A stretch of 64,000 nt of DNA, from the IMG/VR virus record IMGVR_UViG_3300045970_000382, positions 64,001 through 128,000 of that record; one strand, written 5' to 3'. Origin of the DNA: a virus. Below, piece after piece: positions 59,301 to 64,000 of the stretch. Each line of letters starts with the position of its first letter. The first letter of the stretch is position 1. A model generated the notes under the pieces. It worked only from the letters and a program-made list of their open reading frames with translations, was not told the DNA's origin and made no database searches. Both the position numbers and the translations under genes were made by a program.

Positions 59301-59598
59301 AAGAGCGTATTGCAGAGTAGTCGTTGGTTGTGATGTCTTTAATTGAATTAAAAAACTGTTTAAGAGTTTCAGAATCAAATCCTTTTTTCAATAATGCTTG
59401 TCTAATTAAAGGAGCATCACAATCTTCCTCTAAATAAGCATTGTCATCTTTCATATAAGAATATGAAGATATTTTATTTTCAATACCTAATACCATTAAA
59501 TGACCTTTATTAATACGGAGCCAACTGTGTCCAGGATCAGAATAAAATGTTAATGCTTTAGAATTAAGAGTTACGTTTTTACCATTTGTGATAATCAT
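59284..59598 (-). CDS. Conserved phage hypothetical protein
   Basis: FYSDPGHSWL.I...ISSYSY....AYLEEDCDA. Confidence 0.65.
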   Translation of the reverse strand: MIITNGKNVTLNSKALTFYSDPGHSWLRINKGHLMVLGIENKISSYSYMKDDNAYLEEDCDAPLIRQALLKKGFDSETLKQFFNSIKDITTNDYSAIRSYDSYK

Positions 59599-59630
59599 AC
59601 TTATAGCCTTTTGTTTTTGTTTGGTAATAT

Positions 59631-59659
59631 ATTATACAAAAACTACACTTGTATGTAAA
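59631..59659 (-). promoter_or_regulatory. sigma70-type promoter
   Basis: TTTACA-N17-TATAAT. Confidence 0.65.
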
Positions 59660-59668
59660 GATACAAAA

Positions 59669-60145
59669 TCAATATATTTTTATCAAACGGTTGGAATCAT
59701 CACCCACTTGAGTAGAAAGACGGATGTGATATTGATTTGGATTATTTGCTTTGTGAATAACTAGGCGTACACAGTCGTAGTGTAAATGATATTGTTCTAG
59801 AATAGGTGAAGTTTCGTGATCTAAACACCAGATTATCTCGAGTTCGTCATCTTTTTCGATAAGACTTAAAATGGTCAGCCATTCAATGGATAGTGTAGCT
59901 GGATTTAAAATTACAGAAGCTTTATATTTTCTAGATTTGATAGGATACTTATCTATAATCTCAGATAAAATGTAAAACATATATTCTCTAGGAGCACCTT
60001 TCTCAGTAGTGTACCTTAAATTGATTCTAGATTTGTTTTCATTTGTGAGAGTAAAAGCAACAAAATCAGATCTTTTTAGATTAAGGATATCTAATTCTGA
60101 TAGCAGAATCCTAGTTCCGAAAGTAAAGGCTTTTTGTTTTATCAC
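59669..60145 (-). CDS. Hypothetical protein
   Basis: 158-aa ORF; its start lies in the 110-bp duplication. Confidence 0.5.
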   Translation of the reverse strand: MIKQKAFTFGTRILLSELDILNLKRSDFVAFTLTNENKSRINLRYTTEKGAPREYMFYILSEIIDKYPIKSRKYKASVILNPATLSIEWLTILSLIEKDDELEIIWCLDHETSPILEQYHLHYDCVRLVIHKANNPNQYHIRLSTQVGDDSNRLIKIY

Positions 60146-60281
60146 GGAACTAGAATTAAAGATTAAGCAACAAAATCAGATCTTTTTAGATTAAGGATAT
60201 CTAATTCTGATAGCAGAATCCTAGTTCCGAAAGTAAAGGCTTTTTGTTTTATCACGGAACTAGAATTAAAGATTAAGCAAC
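60055..60281. repeat. Perfect 110-bp tandem duplication
   Basis: 60055-60164 is identical to 60165-60274; bounded by 7-bp AAGCAAC microhomology. Confidence 0.95.
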
Positions 60282-60410
60282 CTGTTCATAAGATTTTCTT
60301 ACAGGTTGTTTTTTAGCAGGAATCATTGTAAATAATTTCATATCTATGATATGTGGATTGGTTAAAGTTTTGGTCTTATTCACCAAGGCAACTATATTGG
60401 ACTTTTTCAT
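60273..60410 (-). CDS. 45-aa small protein
   Basis: GAGGAG RBS; MKKSNIVALV...YEQVA. Confidence 0.4.
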   Translation of the reverse strand: MKKSNIVALVNKTKTLTNPHIIDMKLFTMIPAKKQPVRKSYEQVA

Positions 60411-60504
60411 TCTAAATCTCCTCTTGTTTAAGTTCCAAATTTGACTCTGGATATTCGTACAAGTTCAGATTAGCATATCTTGAATGAAAGTCAATATTTA
60501 ATTT

Positions 60505-60601
60505 TGTGTTTTAAGCACTGTTTTATTAACTTATGTCAGTATATCAAGCCAGTTGCTTTCTAAGCTTAAACAGCGTTTTTGGCGGCTATTTTAACAGGGT
60601 T
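60505..60601 (-). repeat. Dispersed ~97-bp repeat, copy B
   Basis: Starts at the HNH copy 7 stop; aligns end to end with copy A. Confidence 0.7.
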
Positions 60602-61336
60602 TTAGTCGTTTGGTTCGACCACATAATTTATTAAAGCTAAATACACTTTTAGATCTAACTGATCTTTATAAAAGTTTGCTAATCTTCTAATTTCAGCTTC
60701 TTTAGATACTTTATAAGCTAGATATGCTTCTTGTTCTGTTTTGTAATAACCAAGATATTTATTTTTTCCTTTAATACTACATCGAGCTTGATATGGATTT
60801 GGTTTACCTTCATAATAAGTAACTCCAATACAACATTCACCTCTATTAGCATCACGTTTTATTAAAAGTTTATTTATTTCTTGTGGAAGTAAACAACATG
60901 TTTCTGGTGAATATATCTCATTATGTTTAAAAAGTATATCTTTATCTAGTTGCCAATCTAAATCTGATCCAAACATTTGTAAATAATCATGAGCAAAGTT
61001 TTGAAAATTCCACCATCTTTCACAAACAGCACAACCAATATAAGAAGGTTGTTTTAATTGAGTATCTTCGTTATAACATCTTCCTAGCATAGACTTCCAA
61101 CACTTATAAATTCTTAAATGTGTTTTAGGAAAATAAATTCCAATTCCAATAAAACCTATATTACAAACACTAGGATGATTTGGATTTTTAACTAGACCAT
61201 TTCTTAATTGGCTTGCTTGACAAGTTGTTTCAGTCCCATCATCAAATCTGACTCTTACATCATTACAATCTATATACTTTATAACAATACAAGAACCAGA
61301 ACTATTCGTTTCAAATCTGTCACCTACCTTAATCAT
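60602..61336 (-). CDS. HNH-AP2 homing endonuclease (copy 7)
   Basis: Colinear paralog. Confidence 0.8.
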   Translation of the reverse strand: MIKVGDRFETNSSGSCIVIKYIDCNDVRVRFDDGTETTCQASQLRNGLVKNPNHPSVCNIGFIGIGIYFPKTHLRIYKCWKSMLGRCYNEDTQLKQPSYIGCAVCERWWNFQNFAHDYLQMFGSDLDWQLDKDILFKHNEIYSPETCCLLPQEINKLLIKRDANRGECCIGVTYYEGKPNPYQARCSIKGKNKYLGYYKTEQEAYLAYKVSKEAEIRRLANFYKDQLDLKVYLALINYVVEPND

Positions 61337-61343
61337 TTTTTAC

Positions 61344-61607
61344 CTATAAAACCTGAACAATGTTAAAATGAAAGCTTATTGTTTCTACAATAAACATTCT
61401 ATGATTCATGAAAAGTTTAGTCTTAGGATCCCAAACAGAAGTCAAATTAAGAGTATCAGTTTTATTCTTTATATCACGAAGTATCTCATGGTAAGATACT
61501 TTATCAATGTATATGTAGAATTTTATATCTGTTTGGTTTGGATTGTTTTTTAATACTCTAGCTGTATCAGCACAAATCCTATTATAAAGATCATAAAATG
61601 TTATCAT
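61344..61607 (-). CDS. Hypothetical protein
   Basis: 87-aa ORF, ATGA-coupled to Ro60. Confidence 0.5.
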   Translation of the reverse strand: MITFYDLYNRICADTARVLKNNPNQTDIKFYIYIDKVSYHEILRDIKNKTDTLNLTSVWDPKTKLFMNHRMFIVETISFHFNIVQVL

Positions 61608-63232
61608 AATAGTGAGAAAGAAGATATTACAGCTGGAGTATTACTATCAAAACCAACAACATCTAACATATTGCTATCTAATGGGTCTGCTATTGTAAAT
61701 CCATTTGATTCCATAGCAGTAACAATTAATTTAGCATTAGGTTTATTCATAATTGTGCGGTATTTCTTAAGTAGCGTACTAGGATGTGATCCCTGATTTA
61801 CTTCATTATCAGTATAACAAACAAATACATCCACATCCAGTTTATTGTCTATAGCGTATTCAAACATCAACCCTATATTGGTAGATCCAAAACTGGTATT
61901 ATTTAATACATCAGTAACTTCTTTAAGACTCATAGTCTCATTTATAGCTAAAGGTTGTATCACGTTATGAAATCCAAGAATATAACATTTAGGTTCTGCT
62001 TTAATGGTAGTCATGGCAAGAACAGCAGAAGCAACTCTTGGAGTAAATCCTGGAATACCACCAATATTGTTCCATGACATGGATGCCGACACATCTATAC
62101 ATAGTAAGTATTTTTTATTTGTGGGTTTAATATTTTCAAAGGCCATATAAAATGCTTTTTCAAGAGCAGTAACAATTCTATTTTCAGGATTCCAAATTAA
62201 GTTACCTTTTAAACCTCTACCTGATTTATAGATATGGTAAGCCATTAAAATTTGTATAGGATGTTGACGAGAACGTTTAAGTTCTTCTTCATTGGTAATT
62301 CTACCAATAATATAATCCACATTATCAGATAAAGGTTTTATATAACCATTAGCAGTAAGAACACCTAAATTACGCATCATGGCATCATACGGACTGTTTT
62401 TGATTAAAGAAGCCCAAATTTCTGGAATCTTCAACCAATCAGTAGGAATCATCTCCCTAGTTAAACCATAGCAATCAATAGCTTCTTTCTTTTCAGAAAT
62501 AGTTGTTAGATGGTCATACTGAAACGCTAGTTCATGTCCCACTAATATTCGTAATTCTTTATTAGCGCAATTTAGTTGGAAAGGTTTTTTAACAGCCCAT
62601 GCAAAAAGGGTATTAATATCTTTGTTATCAGTCTTTGGTTTACAAAGACGAAGTACGTCTCGATGTGACCAACCATTTCTTGATTGGTATTTAACCAGTT
62701 GATAGGCTAATTTTGAAACATCTAAATCCAAATACCAGTTTTTAAGAGCATCAGAAAATAGTCTACCCCGACCACGGAAGTATTTAGAGTATTCAACAAA
62801 AGCAAACAAATGAGTTCCAATTCTACAAACCTCATTTAGTTTAGATAGTGCATATTTTCTTGTTTCTTTATTATCAACACTACCAGCATAAGCAAGAGCA
62901 AATATACAAGTTTCGTTTTTAAGACAACGTCCTTCAGTTGAAATGTTGACAATAAGATCAATAGTTTCAATAGGATGTTTGAAGAGAGCTTTGTCTAAAT
63001 CACTTACATTGTCTTTTGTAAGCTTTTTTTCTTTGACATAGTAGGTTCCGCCAGTTGTACCAAGAATAAGAAACCGTTCTACTTGTTTAAGTAATGGAGT
63101 TTCAAATATAAACCCACTTGTGTTATTTTCTACCATATCTGTACGACCAGCAATAGGTCTATCTACAGGTTGGTCGCCAACTATTTTTTTATGGGGGACG
63201 TGCTGCTCAAATTTGAAGGCCATAATTTTCAT
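61604..63232 (-). CDS. rsr: Ro60/Rsr RNA-binding protein (TROVE + vWA)
   Basis: NNTSGFIF, RFLILGTTGGTYY, RIGTHLFAF, KYQSRNGWSHRDVLRL, AMMRNLG; MIDAS IDVSASM and YTDNE. Confidence 0.93.
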   Translation of the reverse strand: MKIMAFKFEQHVPHKKIVGDQPVDRPIAGRTDMVENNTSGFIFETPLLKQVERFLILGTTGGTYYVKEKKLTKDNVSDLDKALFKHPIETIDLIVNISTEGRCLKNETCIFALAYAGSVDNKETRKYALSKLNEVCRIGTHLFAFVEYSKYFRGRGRLFSDALKNWYLDLDVSKLAYQLVKYQSRNGWSHRDVLRLCKPKTDNKDINTLFAWAVKKPFQLNCANKELRILVGHELAFQYDHLTTISEKKEAIDCYGLTREMIPTDWLKIPEIWASLIKNSPYDAMMRNLGVLTANGYIKPLSDNVDYIIGRITNEEELKRSRQHPIQILMAYHIYKSGRGLKGNLIWNPENRIVTALEKAFYMAFENIKPTNKKYLLCIDVSASMSWNNIGGIPGFTPRVASAVLAMTTIKAEPKCYILGFHNVIQPLAINETMSLKEVTDVLNNTSFGSTNIGLMFEYAIDNKLDVDVFVCYTDNEVNQGSHPSTLLKKYRTIMNKPNAKLIVTAMESNGFTIADPLDSNMLDVVGFDSNTPAVISSFSLL

Positions 63233-63251
63233 TCCTTAATAGGATAAGATA

Positions 63252-63510
63252 AAAAGACCGTCCTTCCTACATTCCCATAGTTCACGGATCGGACTTATTT
63301 ACTTAAGGTAATATTTTTTCCTTTGTAAGGTTTAAAGAATATGATACCTTCTCAGCCAGTCATGCCCGTCTACTCACACTTCAGTAGCAGAACACTGTTA
63401 GTAGAGCATATACCTCACCTTGACAGTAACAAGGGCTACATTTGTTTTGCTGTAGCTTACATAGGTTTCTAAACCATTAGCCGTCTAACGCTCAGGCAGC
63501 GGGAATAGGG
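63252..63510 (-). ncRNA. Unassigned ~260-nt structured RNA / leader upstream of Ro60
   Basis: Closing helix CCUAUUCCC/GGGAAUGUAGG enclosing hairpins GGUUU/AAACC, GCUACA/UGUAGC, CCUUG/CAAGG, AUGCUCUACU/AGUAGACGGGCAU and AAGGUA/UACCUU. Confidence 0.5.
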
Positions 63511-63604
63511 TGTTGCTGTTCCGAATCGAACGGAATAAGCAAAATATAAAAGGAAAGGTGGCAACCTGCCATATTTAAACTTTAGAGTCATTACTCACAG
63601 CAAC
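63511..63604 (-). ncRNA. tRNA-like element (non-decoding)
   Basis: Acceptor GUUGCUG/CAGCAAC+A; T-arm UUCCG-UUCGAUU-CGGAA; mini D-arm GAGU/ACUC; no canonical anticodon arm. Confidence 0.65.
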
Positions 63605-63607
63605 AAA

Positions 63608-63675
63608 AGAGCAAGTTAAATAAGATTCGGAGGAGTCATTTTCAAAGAAGTGATAACCAAATCTAATTCAGCTCT
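63608..63675 (-). ncRNA. Y RNA (animal-like topology) 1
   Basis: 5' AGAGC-U-GAA ... CUUGCUCU 3' bulged helix; upper stem AGAUUUGG/CCGAAUCU; UUAUC loop motif; near Ro60. Confidence 0.75.
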
Positions 63676-63826
63676 AATCCAGTAACAGTTTAGAGTCAAT
63701 ACTGGGAGACTTAAAGTTGCCGTGTATTTGTCCACACACGGCGTGTGTTCAGGCCAGGTATTTATTTGCGTGAGTTATCGGCACTGACGGTTTCCATCTC
63801 ACATCCACCAACCACGGAGGATTTAA

Positions 63827-63892
63827 TTAGAGCAAGTTATTCAAAACTTGGAAGGATCATTATGAGGGATAACCAAGTCTTTTCAGCTCTAA
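63827..63892 (-). ncRNA. Y RNA (animal-like topology) 2
   Basis: UUAGAGC-U-GAA ... CUUGCUCUAA; upper stem AAGACUUGG/CCAAGUUUU; UUAUC motif. Confidence 0.75.
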
Positions 63893-63899
63893 ATTGAGC

Positions 63900-64000
63900 G
63901 GTTACTGGTGGGACTCGAACCTACGACAAACTGTGTTTTGATAATCTAATATCATCAGTTCAAAAGAACAAGATTGAATATTAGTATTTTATGACGGCTG
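63900..64000 (-). ncRNA. YrlA-like tRNA-mimic Y RNA (5' end beyond window)
   Basis: Permuted Ro helix CUUGUUC-UUUU-GAAC-U-GA inside a CUAAUAU/AUAUUAG stem, then UUAUC, T-arm GUAGG-UUCGAGU-CCCAC and acceptor 3' strand CAGUAAC. Confidence 0.7.

Noticed and set aside
63252-63370. Group I intron (GACU...P8-like hairpin...UAAGUCCGAUCC resembles R/S elements)
   Set aside because: No convincing P3/P4/P6 and no interrupted exon; kept as an unassigned structured RNA.
63578-63700. Amber-suppressor tRNA suggested by CUCUAAA (CUA anticodon-like) motifs
   Set aside because: Neither copy sits in a 5-bp stem with a 7-nt loop at the anticodon position of a cloverleaf, and TAG works as a normal stop in this genome.
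63715-63805. c-di-GMP-I riboswitch (GGAAACC...ACGCAAA...GGCCUGA)
   Set aside because: Lacks the P2 GNRA hairpin and P3 pairing; the resemblance is fragmentary.
63900-64000. Ordinary tRNA gene
   Set aside because: The T-arm is present, but the anticodon arm is replaced by a long Ro-binding-type helix, so it is called YrlA-like.

Overview
AT-rich 64-kb segment of a large tailed dsDNA phage. The host is probably Gram-negative, given the LydA-type holin, lipoprotein and sigma70-type promoters. There are two convergent arms. The + arm (1-24.1 kb) carries tail/fibre structural genes, three RCC1-repeat beta-propeller proteins, a sulfotransferase/methyltransferase/glycosyltransferase/APS-kinase-like module, and a lysis cassette interrupted by an HD-GYP phosphodiesterase. 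The - arm (24.1-64 kb) carries DHFR, SNF2 and DnaB helicases, nucleases, RecA, SSB, clamp loader, a UDG-PolA fusion, a beta-clamp, ATP-dependent ligase, a 7-deazaguanine DNA-modification set (DpdA/TGT-like, QueD-like, FolE, glycosyltransferase), two ParB proteins, a DNA methylase, seven paralogous HNH-AP2 endonucleases, a Ski2/Hel308-like helicase and Ro60 (TROVE). Most notable: (1) a polycistronic ncRNA cluster upstream of Ro60 with two animal-like Y RNAs, a tRNA-mimicking YrlA-like RNA, a tRNA-like element and unassigned structured RNAs; (2) a helicase with one cis intein and a naturally split intein whose halves flank a free-standing endonuclease; (3) a dispersed ~97-bp imperfect palindrome with phased A/T tracts next to HNH gene 3' ends; (4) recently shuffled RCC1 repeat units with NNY-biased variable codons. 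All family calls are from motif recognition by eye; no searches were run.
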